A stretch of 63,775 nt of DNA, filler included, from Neolecta irregularis DAH-3 (GCA_001929475.1; 10 parts of 10 records of this genome joined end to end with filler, not necessarily neighbours in it); one strand, 5' to 3'. Numbered from the whole stretch's first letter, positions 28,405 to 41,436 are shown. Translations and numbers: made by a program. Notes: generated by a model from the letters alone, not told the origin.

Positions 28405-29658
28405 ATGCAGGGAGAACGTCCTGGCGATAAAAGTCGATTTTATTCCTCCGGATCGCCCACAGAATCTTCCGATATTTATCCGTGGTCAACAATGGATAGA
28501 AAAGAACCCGGGGAACCATCCGAGTCGAATTTCCCCGAAAAAGAGCATTTTTCAAGGGATCCTTCGCCAAAACCATACAAACCCATTGGAGGACCTGATC
28601 CGTTGTGGTTCGAGTCGCCATGGACTTTGGGCAAAATAACTATTCATATTGGAGACGAGGTGTTTCGCGTTACAAGAGATCAACTCTGCAATCGAAGTAA
28701 CTATTTCAAGGAACTTATAAAAGCCCATCAAGGTTCGCTTCCACCCCACCACCGAATAAACTTCCCCTCCACCGAATTTATAACCCCTATTCTTCGGTAC
28801 TGGTTCGATGACGATATGTCGTTGCTGCGGTCACTTGAATATAATGTTCGTAGATCAACAGAATTGAAAGCACTGCTCGTAAATGCCGATTACATAGGAC
28901 TGGACTCGGCATATTGGAGAAGTTTCTACATTCCTCTTGTCGTGAAACAAATCGAATGTGCCTCAGCTTCGAAATGGTGGAGCAAAGAATTTCTCTCGGA
29001 CAAGTTGTTGACTTCAGTACTTGATAAACTTCAGGGTTATTGGTCTTTGCGGGCTGCGCTAGCATGGTACGAGAATAGCATTCGAGATGAACTGTCAGCT
29101 TCGCAACTGGACAATCTAAACCTTTTCCTGAAACAATTAGGACCTATCTGTACTCGCGCACTTTTACAAGTTAGCGAAAGTCAAACCTCTCGGCTTCGGA
29201 AACAATTCCCAATTGCCATGAGAGCCCTTGTTCCTCGTGTCAATCCGCAAAATTCTTTCACAGAGTCGGCTGTAGAATATAGTTCGAAATCATCCGTTCA
29301 GTCTCAGCCATCGTTTGGAATTCAATCGCAGTCATCATCCGTACGTTTACCAACCCCATCCAACTTTCCTGTTGATACCTTCGGGAAGCGATATCTTGAT
29401 ATAAATGAACTCAAACGACAACTTGACCAAGCTAAAACGCAGCTCGCATGCTATCGTTGTCCTGTATGTCAACAAGTCATTCCTCGAGCTGCCAAGGAGA
29501 CGTTGACGTGCATTCGCCTATGGCATTCTAGGCAAGTTATCGTGGGCAGTCGTGGTATTCAGAAATGGCCTTGTTGCGGGAAAGTGATAGAAGCAGGAGT
29601 TCCGAGTGGTTGCAAATTCGAGATCACGAGTCATTCTGGTAATGCTTTCTCCCTGTAA
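28405..29658 (+). CDS. Intronless BTB/POZ-domain protein with C-terminal Cys/His cluster
   Basis: ITIHIGDEVFRVTRDQLCNRSNYFKELI...ILRYW...LLVNADYIGL; C-terminus CPVC...C..WH...WPCCGK...GC. Confidence 0.75.
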   Translation: MQGERPGDKSRFYSSGSPTESSDIYPWSTMDRKEPGEPSESNFPEKEHFSRDPSPKPYKPIGGPDPLWFESPWTLGKITIHIGDEVFRVTRDQLCNRSNYFKELIKAHQGSLPPHHRINFPSTEFITPILRYWFDDDMSLLRSLEYNVRRSTELKALLVNADYIGLDSAYWRSFYIPLVVKQIECASASKWWSKEFLSDKLLTSVLDKLQGYWSLRAALAWYENSIRDELSASQLDNLNLFLKQLGPICTRALLQVSESQTSRLRKQFPIAMRALVPRVNPQNSFTESAVEYSSKSSVQSQPSFGIQSQSSSVRLPTPSNFPVDTFGKRYLDINELKRQLDQAKTQLACYRCPVCQQVIPRAAKETLTCIRLWHSRQVIVGSRGIQKWPCCGKVIEAGVPSGCKFEITSHSGNAFSL

Positions 29659-30189
29659 TCTTGCTGACGACATCTTAGACGATGTTTGTCATTAAATGTG
29701 GAAACAGTTGAGGCGTTGGACTTTATTACAATTCTACCACCCGTCTTCCAATTATATTTCAAGCATGTAAGCTGGATGTTTGTCTTGCGGAATAGGAATC
29801 GAACGGTCGAGGCATAGTACCTGCAGTTAATAACTCTTAGACTTTGTTTCGAAAGATTCATGTCCTTGGAAACCCTTTCAGTCAGGTCTCGGAGGTATTG
29901 GCACTTGAACCGACTTTAGGAGCTTATACGTCTCAAGATTAACGTTCAATATGGTTAGTGCATCATCCTTGCAAGCACAGCTTCATTCTATTATGTATCA
30001 GAAGAAAGGAAAGAGAATGCAATGCAATCATATTCACGTCTTTTTGGATTTATATTCCTTATTCTAGAGAATATGGGATCCGCTCATCAATCATTCGTCT
30101 CATCGTATGGCAGTTATTTGAAAAGAGCTAGAAACGTTAGCTTCATTTGAGAATATGGGAATCCAAGTACATTTCCAATATTTAAACCT

Positions 30190-32766
30190 ATGTTCTATAC
30201 TCAAATATGACTATTGTTCTCAAGGAACAGTACCACATGCGACGAATCAAGCTTGAATGGCGGTAATTTACTGTCTGACGTCGGATTTACAGAGTTTCAT
30301 TAGATGGGCCGCCACCTCCACCAAAGTGAACCTCTGTTACGAAACATTCCCCGCTCTTTTCTAGATTTAATTATCAAATCCAATGGCTGCTCGTATATCT
30401 TATTTATCAGAGCCTGTGTTGATTCTTTACAGCTCTCTACCACAGTGATCCCACAATCAAGCCTACTTCAATATTTTCCCCCGAACAATGGGAAACTTTA
30501 CTTGCAATATGTGATACCTTCATTGCACCGTTGGGACAAGATGAAATCCAAAAGTTGTTGCAAGAAACCCATTCAAATGCTGTCAAAGAGAGGAAAGAGC
30601 TGGTCGTTGCTTTCTTACAAGAAAAGGCCACTGATTATCCCGGCTTTAAGGAAAAATTAGATCGTATCCTGTCAAACAATATTCAACCCTCAAAGTTGCG
30701 ACAAATTCGATTTGTCTTGAGTCTGCTGAGGTATCCAGAACTCCTAGATTTTTTGAGCTGAATATATCAAAGTAGTCGATTTGGCGCTGTTCTAACAGGC
30801 CATATTACTCCGATTCATCAGCTAAATCGTGCACAGAGAGAATGCGTTCTTCAGTCGTGGACGAAATCGCCTTTACTGTCTTTGCGAACTTTATTCAGTT
30901 CATTGTCCAGGCTCTCGAGGTTGGGATACATTTCATGTTCCGAAGTAGCAATGCAAGCTATCGGGTATCCCCTCACAGATCCAGATTCAAACCATCCGAC
31001 TCGCTTCCAAGCGAAGAGATTTCACGATTTCATGTTCTTAGACATCAAAGGTGAAACAGCTGAACTGCACACAGAGGTCGTTATTGTTGGAAGTGGATCC
31101 GGAGGCGGTGTCGTGGCTGCCATATTGGCCAAAGCAGGGAGAAAGATGATTGTTATTGAAAAGGGAAAATATCACCCTCAGGAGACATTACCACTTTCTG
31201 AGACGGAAGCAAAAGAAAATCTGTTTGAGGCTGGAGGCGCTCTAATGAGTGACGACGGCTGTGTTTCGATACTAGCTGGATCTACGTGGGGAGGAGGCTC
31301 CGCGAGTATCCTAATCCAACGATAAAATGCTGAAATACAGTCAACTGGAGTACAAGTCTCCAGCCTCAAAGTTACGTACGCGACGAATGGGCTCGAGAAT
31401 ATCCTTTTTTCAATGAACTTGCATTCCAGGAATCACTTGACTTTGTCTGCAAAAGAATGGGATGTAGCACGAAACATATGAAGCATAATAAAATGAACCA
31501 CGCACTCATTGAAGGATCTAGAAAACTCGGGTTTCCATATTGCGACAATCCTCAGAATACTGGAGATGCTGAACATTCTTGTGGATATTGTGGGTATGCT
31601 CAGCTTGCAATAATTTTACAGACCTCTAGGTACGGATGTCGATATGCCGAGAAACAAAGTAGTAATGTCAGTTGGCTGGTCGATGCTGCTTCCAATGCTC
31701 AGTTTCTCCAAAAGACACATGTCGAGAAAGTGATTATGAAAGGGAACCGCGCGATTGGTGTTGAAGCGCTTGTAAATGGGCAAACCAAGCTGAGAGTTTT
31801 TGCAGATGTGGTAGTACTTGCGGGTGGTGCTATCAATACCCCGGCAGTACTATTGAGATCTGCTGTCAAGAATAAGAACATTGGCAAAAATTTGACATTA
31901 CATCCAGTGTCAACTGTCTTTGGCCATTATTACGACGAAGATACCAAGCCTTGGGAAGGAGCTATCCTGACAGCTGTAATGATTCCGTTTAATTTTCAAT
32001 GTCATCTTACTTGTCTCAGTCTTCGCAAATTTCTGAACGCAGAGTTTTAGGATGGGGTGCCAAATTAGAAGTGCAGTGGAAGTGAGTATAGCTCACAAAT
32101 GGAACCTGACAATGTTTTAGTATTCCTGGTCTTGCTGCTCTAAATGCTCCCTGGCGATCAGGCTATCAGGTTAAACGGAATATGCTATACTGGAATCAGT
32201 CGGTTGCCTATTCCTCCCGAGCCCGCGAGAGAGATCCCGGCTACGTCTATATCGACAAACAAAACAAACTTCCTCGAATCTGTTATACTCTTTCTTCTTT
32301 TGACTGCGACAGTATTCTCGATGGAGTCCTCAGACTGTGTGACATTGTCGTTACGGCTGGTGCGAATGAGGTTTTTACAGGATGTCTCGATGTTGAAATT
32401 TATAAAACTACGGAGCGTGGTATCGCGGATCCGAGTTATAAGAACTGGAAAGAGAGTGTACGAACCGCTGGCATTATTCCTGGTCGTTCCACGATTGGTT
32501 CCGCTCACCAAATGTCGAGTTGTCGCATGGGTAAGGATCCTCGAAACTCGGTCGTCGACGATCACGGTCGGGTTCATGGATACCAGAGATTGTATATTGC
32601 CGACTCGAGTGTTTTACCGAGCGCGTCTGGTGTTAATCCAATGGTAATTCACCACTTGAATTATGTTTAATGAGGTTTCTAGATCTCAACTATGGGCTTG
32701 GCACACTATATCTCCTTGAAACTGATCGAGGATATGAAAAGTATGAATGCACTTTCTTCTCTATGA
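30190..32766 (+). CDS. Long-chain fatty alcohol oxidase (GMC oxidoreductase); start approximate
   Basis: VVIVGSGSGGGV, IEKG, LAGSTWGGG..VNWS, IGKNLTLHP, SAHQMSSCRMG, SASGVNPM. Confidence 0.9.
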
Positions 32767-33186
32767 CGGTATTGCATCTTCAAACCATTTTATTTATCGT
32801 CTAATTGTATTTTTGGTAGAATCGTTTACAGATGTATTATTTGAAGGAAGTAGTTCTCGCTGTTGGTTAGTCGATTCAATATGACCCTTGGACTCTGGTC
32901 CATATCAATCTTCACCATTGTTCAAATATTGACGTCTCGTGACTGGAGATGGCTATCGCTATCGCTATCGGCTGAATACCCACATGGTAGAGTCATGTGC
33001 CTATTGAGGAAGCTCTCGAAACACGCCATCGGCCAAAATGTTGTCTCAGTGAAGCGGATTGTGTGTGTCAGCAGCCATGCACTGAGTCAACTCTTGATCA
33101 GGTGCTGACTCGAGCCACATTTCAGGGTAATTGCTATTGGGGAATACTGCCCATTTTGCTTTTTCATTCTGTTCCACCAGTTTGAA

Positions 33187-35020
33187 ATGGCGACTGAAAC
33201 TGACCATAAAACAACGAGCATCGTTTTCAGTGATATCAGCTCCGATCAGGAAAAACATCAACAGGAATTTACCTCTCCAGCTTCACAGAAACGGTATATA
33301 ATATCCGCACTTTGGGGTCGCTGAATGAGATAGATTATTGAGGAAACTAGATTTGAATCTTCTACCTTTTCTCTCCCTTCTGTATCTTCTCAGTTTTCTT
33401 GATCGAACCAACATCGGGTATATATCTGTGTGCATTGTAGTTTTGACAGATCAGAAATGCCAAATTAGATGGGCTCGAGGACGACTTGGGACTTGTGGGA
33501 AATCAGTTCAACACCGCTCTTAGTGTCTTCTTTTACACATATGTCGCTGCTGAGATCCCCTCTAATTTGGCTTTGAAGAGGCTCAGACCTTCGATGTAGA
33601 TCTTAGAGCATATTTGATCTAATGTTGTAGCTGGATTCCCACCATCATGTTAGCATGGGGAATAGTCATGACTTGTAAACCCAATAATCTATTCATGTTA
33701 CTAATTCCTTAGTAATGGGGCTGGTTCATAATTTTGCTGGACTTGTTACAGCTCGAGTTTTCCTTGGATTGGCTGAAGCTGGACTTTTTCCCGGTGTAAC
33801 ATATTACATTTCTCTGTGGTACCGCAGATCAGAAATTGCGGTTCGAATTGCGGTTTTTTTCTCGGCTGCGACGTACACGTCTGAAGCTTATTATTGACTC
33901 ATCATTATAGCGTTGCTGGTGCATTTGGCGGTCTCCTTGCTTTCGGTATAACCAAAATGGATGGCGTTGGTGGAAAGGCCGGATGGGTTAATGCGTCTTT
34001 TAAATATCCACTAAATTCACCAGGCTTGGATTTTTATTCTCGAAGGTTTACTAACCGTTGTTGTTGCTATCGTCGCTTATTTCGTTATCAATGATGTATG
34101 CCGTCATTTCAAACTTCAGAAACTGATCCACACAGTTTCCTGAAACTGCTCATTTCCTAAGCATCAAGGAAAGAAAGGAGGTTTCTCGACGACTCAAAGA
34201 AGACTCAAGCGATCTTGCCTCGCGTTTCGATTGGAAGTTCTTCTGGCAAGCGGCTTGGGATTGGAAAATCCATATGCAATGCATCATTTATTGGGGTTGC
34301 CTAACCAGTGTTTATGCCGTATGATTAACTTTCGATTGCCTCACCAAGATATAGTTTTCACTTTTCCTTCCAACTATCATTAAGAACATGGGCTATACCT
34401 CTACTCGGTAGGCTTAATACCTCTATGGAAACTCATTATTAGTGCTCAATTGATGTCAGTGCCTCCTTATGTACTTGGGTGCTGCTTTACAGTCATTGCC
34501 GGACTTCTCAGTGATCGATATAAACTCAGAGGACCATTTGCCATTGTTTTTTTGGTAATTGGAATCGTTGGGTATTCGTGTTTATACGGATTGTCATCTG
34601 CAACAGCCCAGTACACTGCGATAATGGTTGCGGCTTGCGGTATCTTTCCAACTATCCCTCTGGTTATTACTTGGAACAGTAACAACATTGGTGGAAGTGT
34701 TAAACGAGGTGTCGGTATGGCCATGCAAATTGGATTCGGAAATCTTGGTGGCGCAGTCGCTTCATATATGTAAGTTGCATGCGATGGTGAACCCCTGACA
34801 CTTTAGTTACCGGCGTCAAGATGGTCCTCGTTTTCTTCTTGGCCATGGAGTCATTCTATCCTTTCTCTGTCTCTCTTGTTTCGTCTCAGTGGGTTTGCTC
34901 GTCATCCTTCAGAAAGAGAACAAAAGACGAGATCGAATGCCAATAGAAACCGACCCGCAAATTACTCGATACTATGTCGATATGGGAGACGACGCTCCTT
35001 TTTTTAGATATACTTTGTAA
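33187..35020 (+). CDS. MFS transporter, allantoate/nicotinate (Dal5/Tna1) family
   Basis: RKLDLNLLP, SFLDRTNIG, RVFLGLAEAGLFPG, C-terminal FRYTL*; many short introns. Confidence 0.92.
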
Positions 35021-35212
35021 TATAATATTGCAATGGAACTGGGTACTTGAAATAGCTGATAATGACACTCTTGCTGTATGCGGATTTTTGGAATGGAATG
35101 GAATGGAATGGANNNNNNNNNNNNNNNNNNNNNNNNNNNNNNNNNNNNNNNNNNNNTTAATTAATTAANNNNNNNNNNNNNNNNNNNNNNNNNNNNNNNN
35201 NNNNNNNNNNNN

Positions 35213-35417
35213 CACCCTTTGGTTAGTCCGCGACATTGGGCGGCAAGCATACCCGTCTTCAATTATAGAATGGTCCATGATAACCGAGTCTGTGATCTTG
35301 ACATTTTTTCCAATCACGCAAAACCGGCCAATGATACTTCTTTTTACACTCGTGCGTTCATCGACCTTGCTATTTCCCGCAATAAGCGAGTCAATACCAA
35401 CAGCTGCTTTGCTGGAG
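35213..35417 (-). other. Second copy (allele or duplicate) of the eIF2B-gamma left-handed beta-helix segment
   Basis: 205 bp near-identical to 48403-48607, with 3 synonymous differences. Confidence 0.8.
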
Positions 35418-36072
35418 NNNNNNNNNNAATAGATCAAAGGAGATTCTAGAAACACTGGTCCCCGGATTTCGCGACTCCTGGAAGTTTGGAGCGAACCACG
35501 TCAGCGAAGACAAACTATGCAGCGGAAAATAACCAGAGCTGCCTATGAAAAAAGATATCTACTTTTAGACCGTCACGGGGCTTGAAAAAGTATTTTAGTT
35601 CCAGAAATACTTGTGGTGGGCGTAGAAAGCGCGGGTTGCAAGGGACTTTGCTGCACAGGGCAGCTGGCGGAAGCTGGCCAGTTGAACCACCCGCCCGCCG
35701 CCGTTAGAGTGTTTCTGCAACACTGCCAACAGTCTGCGAGCGCACTCTCGGCGGGCGGTTTGGATCTCTTCGGTGAGTGAGCGGGCGGCTTAGTAATCTC
35801 ACCAACGACCCGCCGGCGGTTCAGATCTCCTTAGCCGGCGGTTGGACATACTGAGCCTTTATAGTATACGATTATTGTCAAAACATTGAATCTGCCAACA
35901 TCTAGGTGGTCTAAAAAGTATATAGTTTATGTTGAATAGACCACTGGAGATAAAAACAGGTAAGGTTGGCTGTGGGCCGACACCAATACCAACTACTGTG
36001 GGGTGTAATAGTACAGTTCAAAAGCTGTATGCACAATATGACCATTCTATCTCTCCATCTCCAGGAAACATC

Positions 36073-36616
36073 CTACTCGAACTTTTGTTCAACTAAATCA
36101 GGCACGTCATCGTCATCATCCTCGGCAGCATTGGGATTGCCAGCAGTTCCTCCGGTTCCAGCTTGTGCTTGGTAACTCTCAGCCAACTTTCGTAGACTTG
36201 CGAGGGAATCGGGTCCTAATTGGTTCAGGATCCCAGGCACCAGTTCAGTTAATTCCTTGTCTTCGCCGGTTCCATAGACTGCGAATGTGTTTGATTGAAC
36301 TACGGCATGGACTAAAACAGAATTAGATCATTACAAGGAAATAAATATCTTTACCTTTTGGAGCGCTGAAATGAAGAACATTTCCGGTATCCCGGAACAT
36401 GTTCACTTCTTCTATTCCATGAATAGGTTGAACATTCAGCTTTTTCAGAGTCGTCTGCAATCTCTTATCGTCTCCACCACTCGCTTTGTAAACCTTCTTC
36501 ATCTTCCTTCGCGGCGTTCCCTTTCCGCCTGATCCAATCAGCGTCGACGTCGAGGTCGTCTACGGGTTCATACCGATTCGCACGGATGCTTGTAATTTTG
36601 CTAGTTTAGCCTCCAT
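36073..36616 (-). CDS. EGD1: Nascent polypeptide-associated complex beta subunit (BTF3), 3 exons
   Basis: [23 protein letters not shown]...IEEVNMF...[18 protein letters not shown]...DDDVPDLVE. Confidence 0.95.
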
Positions 36617-37572
36617 GGTAATGGCTACTACGCAAAATAAACATACTCCAGTTAAACAGTGCGGACAAATACATTATCAACGTGAAGCTTATTGCACTGT
36701 TGAAGGACTTCTTTCCTTGGAAGGTGGGGAGAGAGGCAATCCTTTGAGGGTTTAAGGTTTTTTTGTGACTGTTCACAGCACGTGACATTGAGTCATTGAA
36801 AGAGTGATCCCTTGATACGAGTTCTAGTAGAATCTTCTACATCCTTTCTATCATCAGCCCTTTCACGAGACATAGGGCTATAATAAAAGGAACCGGAGAA
36901 ATCTGTAGTGGCATAGCAGAAGTCTCATTACCTTCGTCGTTTGTACCAAGACTCCAGTCTCTTTCATAACTTTCCTCAAACCATGGTTCTGGAATGAATG
37001 AGTCCAGGTGTGTGAAATATATTTCATCTCGAGATAGACCATGAAGGAAAATCGGTAGGGTGATGCTTTAGGGAAATTACAATATTAGGAGGAATTTTGA
37101 TTTCGTTGTAACTGGTGGAAGCTCTCCGCCGGAGCCAATGGCAGTGTGTCCTCTTCTAGTGCATGCAAATAAGCCAACGAGACCAGACTAGGTCTGTTTA
37201 TATCTGCAAGTGTTGAATGGAAGGAAACTCAACGCTCCCCGTTCCTGTAAAGAGTGACCTATTTAGAAAAGGATAAATATACGGGAAAACTATATACAGA
37301 GAAATAGGAGTGACCATTGCTTGGTGCTTATCATGTGCTTGATGGTGGGTGGTGCTTGAGATTAGGCAACTCCATCAATTTTTCCGGTACGAGTTTAGGC
37401 TGAATGATGCCCCAATCTGCGGCTTCCACTCTCGGCTATTTGGAAGAAATAGCACCAGATAAGGCTTCCGGCTAGCTCACCACTGGTATTGCTATTTTTG
37501 TTGTGACGCAAATCAACTCTCATGCGTCTATAAAAGCTGATTCCCCGTCCAAGAAAAAGCCGCCCGATCATC

Positions 37573-38133
37573 ATGAAGTCAATCATTGCTGCTCTTATTT
37601 TATCAACCAGCCTCACAATCGCTCTTCCAGAACCAGACAATGGATCCGACAACGCTTCAATTCCTGGACCACTTTTCCATCTTCAAACCCACAGTTCCGA
37701 GTCAGAATACGATAGTCTCTTCATCTCCTTATCTCACATCGGTTCTCTCCTTTATGTCGGCAATGTAACAAAGGTTCCTTTGGAGGCGTCAAATTTCACA
37801 TCCAACTGCCCGGATCATACACTTTCTGGGGTCATCCACATGGCTGGCAACGACATCGAGGCCCTTGGAGCTTCTACCAATTATCAAGATGACGGCACCA
37901 ACATCACTCCATTGTATTTTGATTCTAGCCATGGCAAACCGGGTTCGAATTCATGGGGATTTGATTGCGACAATTATTTAACCTTTAATGGATCATCTAC
38001 CAATTTCTCTTTTTGCAGTTCTACCCTACATTATGAAACAAAGCAGTATTGGGTCCTAAATGTACAGACACAAGAAGGTACCCCGACGAACGACCAATGC
38101 CACAGCGTTACTTTACAAGCAGTCTTCGATTGA
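37573..38133 (+). CDS. Small secreted Cys-containing protein, intronless, 186 aa
   Basis: Signal-peptide-like MKSIIAALILSTSLTIA; 4 Cys; several N-x-S/T sites. Confidence 0.75.
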   Translation: MKSIIAALILSTSLTIALPEPDNGSDNASIPGPLFHLQTHSSESEYDSLFISLSHIGSLLYVGNVTKVPLEASNFTSNCPDHTLSGVIHMAGNDIEALGASTNYQDDGTNITPLYFDSSHGKPGSNSWGFDCDNYLTFNGSSTNFSFCSSTLHYETKQYWVLNVQTQEGTPTNDQCHSVTLQAVFD

Positions 38134-39284
38134 TTTGCATTGAGCTAGACCTAGGGGATATGACGGGCATGTGGGAAGATACAGCTACTCTTGTGGAGGA
38201 TATTTTGTAATTTCTTTTTTGGTTCTTTTTTGTATTTGCATGACTGCTATGAGTTGTGACTGTTTTCTATGTAGCCGCAATACCTGCTCATTGTAGGGGC
38301 GGATATGTTCTAGTAAGAATCTAATTATCTTTTTCTTTTTATCTAAATCTCACTAAAACTCTACCATCACAGGCTGCGAATTCTAGTCATGGCATTAAAT
38401 TGTCTAGATTCTGGGGCAATGAGGTTGCGTGGTACCTTGAATTCTGGAGTGTATGTTGCCGGCGACGGTCGGATATGGATATTAATGGTGATAGTTATAA
38501 CAATTATGATAAATGTAAGTGGTACGTCTGAGGTACAAATAAGACTAGGTTTAATCGTCTAACCTATGTGGTATGAAGGTAACTCAGGTTAGGTATCTGT
38601 TGTTCCCTTCTTTATATACCGTATTATTTAATGTCGTAAATATCCATTAAGCCACTTGCCATATTAATAGGAATATACCTCGTATTCTTACAATAGAGAA
38701 TCGGGAGAGCGTGATGATGGCAATAGTGGTTATGGGAATTGATAGAGTTTCAACACTTACAATTTCCTTCGACGTAACAGTAAAACAAATAAAAAGAAAT
38801 AAACGCATCAGCCAGGTTCAACGACCAGCAGGAAACTAATAAGTTAAGAAGGATCCTCAAAGACTTTACATGGTAGTTCCAGTCTTGAATTTTCAATAGA
38901 AAGTTCACAATCTCCGTCATTTGTGTTTACCTCCATCTGCCGTGTGTCATAATCAGAGTTCAGCAAACTAGCTTTAACTCAAACTCCTGTACTTAGCGCT
39001 GATCTCCACGCCTTCGCTTTTCCAGCTATACAGGCGTTTCCATTCAAACATTTATTACTTAGATCCGGTAGTTGAATGCCATCACGCTAATACACGGAAA
39101 TCGCGAGTGTCTCATTCTGTGAATTCATCCGTCGCATTCAATCATTGTTCTATATTGAGTACCAATAAGTACAAAATGATTATTGGACAATGTACTGTCG
39201 CAAGAAAGAAACGCCCACACAACCTTCCTGCCGAAAAACCAATGTTCGCAGCTCTGCCAATTCCATCGCATTCAATAATGTAAC

Positions 39285-41436
39285 TTAATCCCAATCGTCA
39301 TCTTTTTCATCCTCATCATCTAAACGCTATCAGAGCATCATAAGAGAAAAAAGACATACCGCTGTGGGCAACTTTCCCTTTTCTTGCACTCAATGCCATT
39401 GCCAACGCATTGGACAAATCCTGATTTCCTCCGCCAGCTGCAGTATTTCCTGAAACGGTACGAACTGGCCTCTCAGGGTTTGTTTTAGCCTGATCGATCA
39501 GCCTTTCAAATAAACAGTCAAACCTTCTTCAAAGCACCGATTCCACCAGCGCTTCGAATACTTGCCAACAGATCTGCACGGCCTGGAGGCATGGAAACAT
39601 CAATCTTTGGAGGTGAAAAAGAAGAGTCATGATCACGATTTGGTAAATGAGGCGCCGGTGGAGCCAAGGGTATGGAAGATATTGTTGAGGCTGAATTCAG
39701 CAATGGAGGCGGTGGGGGAGGAGCTGCTGTTGTTGTGACATTTGACATTGGAGGGGGAGGAGGAGGAGGAGGAGGAGCTGCTGTGACATTTGACATTGAA
39801 GGAGGGGGAGGAGGAGGAGGAGGAGCCGCTGTGACATTTGACACTGGAGGAGGGGGAGGAGGGGGAGGAGCTGCTATTGCGACATTTGACATTGGAGGAA
39901 GGGGAGGATGAGGGATGGGCGGGCCATTGTTTGGTATAGATGTCCCGCTTGGGACAGACGGAGGTAAAGGTACAGACCGTAGTGGGACGGCTTGTTGGTA
40001 AACATGGCCCTCTGCTGAAGAAGAAATAATACGACGTGGAGGTGACGCCGAAGGCTGCTCTGCAAACGATGGAGGAACGGGAAATGTCGTAGATCCATTG
40101 ACAGGTATACGATGCGGAATAGATGGACTGCTGCTTTTCGGTGGAATCGGTGCTCCTCTCTGTCTCAATGGAACAGGTGGTGGTACTTGATTTCGTCGTT
40201 GTGATGCCGATGAAGCCAGCGAAGATGTTCTCTCAAAAGGAGGAGGAACAGGAAATCTGGGTGGAGGAGGTGCAGCTCCATTCTGAGACTGCAGAGGAAC
40301 CTTTGGTGGTCTCGCAGGCCCTTGAAAGCTGGGTGGAGGCGGAATTGGACTGGCATTTCTTGGAGTATTCAATGGTGGAAGTGGGCTGATGTTCCTTGGA
40401 GGATTCAATGAATCTTGAGCAGGAATCTCATTTGATAAGGAATATCGACGAGATCCTCTTGAGGGAACTGGGGGAGGTGGTCCTCTTCGCGAATTTCTGG
40501 GAACAGGAGGGGGTACTGGTCTTAGTCTGGGAGAAGTCTGGGCAGGTAATTGTTCTGGTTCTGGTTCATAGGGAGGCGCAAGAGCTTCTGCTCCACCGTT
40601 CTGAGCAACAAATTCTTTGATGAAATCCGCATTTTGCTCAATTTGATCCTATGGTATGTTATAATTTGCAAATTTAAAAAAAGAGACTTACTCGACTAAT
40701 ACCCAACTCATCGAGCTGAGCCAGTAGACTACTCCATTGTGGATCAGAGCTATCAATTGTAAACCCTTTGTCAGCATCAAAGCCAATATGCGAGACGCGG
40801 CGAAAATCAACCGGGCCAGAAATGCTTGAACGATCGATGTCACCCTTAGACTTTTTGGATAGCTGAGAAGTCTGATTTTTCTTCGACCCTTTGACTACGA
40901 GAGAATGAGTTTGATTCACAGGGAGGTAGTACAAGTTGATAAATTCTTTTGTACCTTGTTATAGAAGGATGAAGCTTCTGACTCTTCGGAAAAGGATAAA
41001 CCTACTTGGCATTTCTGCAGATTAAGAATGTACCTATCACATTCAAAGCCAGACCTCAATTTCCAATGAATGGAAAAACGTCCGATCCTGGTTATATTCA
41101 CACCCTTCATAAAGTTCCTGGTCCCATAAAACACCTCTACCGCTCTATTTGAATGGTCAGTCAAATCGGAAACCAGCCTGTTCTCTCACCATTAGATCGA
41201 CCAACTTTAAAAAGGATGTATTGCTTGTCTTGTCGAATGCAAATACCGCAGCCCCACAAAGCCCTGTATATCTCCATTTGTTTGGGAATGGGTGGGCTAC
41301 GTAGAGACGAGCTACTGAGGCGGCGATGATCTTGTTGTTATCCTGGGGTACGGCACGGCGGATGTGCTCGCGGTCGCTAGGAGATATTGACGGCTGGGCC
41401 GTTAGAAACGACTTCTGTGATACATACAGCGGGCAT
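39285..41436 (-). CDS. WASP homolog (Las17/Wsp1): WH1, CRIB, poly-Pro, WH2, acidic tail
   Basis: KIIAASVARLYVAHP, ISGPVDFRRVSHIGFD, GRADLLASIRSAGGIGALKK, terminal EKDDDWD*. Confidence 0.92.
39700..39900 (-). repeat. Coding tandem repeat, about 4 units of 51-57 bp (PPPPPPPP-x-SNVTAA)
   Basis: Recurring gacatttgacattggagg...ggaggagct units. Confidence 0.85.

Noticed and set aside
29890-29960. GGTTCAAG on the minus strand as a tRNA T-loop
   Set aside because: Flanking bases do not form a T stem or cloverleaf
35089-35112. (GGAAT)n at a contig end as telomere or human satellite contamination
   Set aside because: Only about 5 units, continuous with the fungal 3' flank; a simple microsatellite is sufficient
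39672-40620. Gly- and Glu/Val-rich plus-strand ORFs
   Set aside because: Antisense shadows of the proline-rich WASP exon
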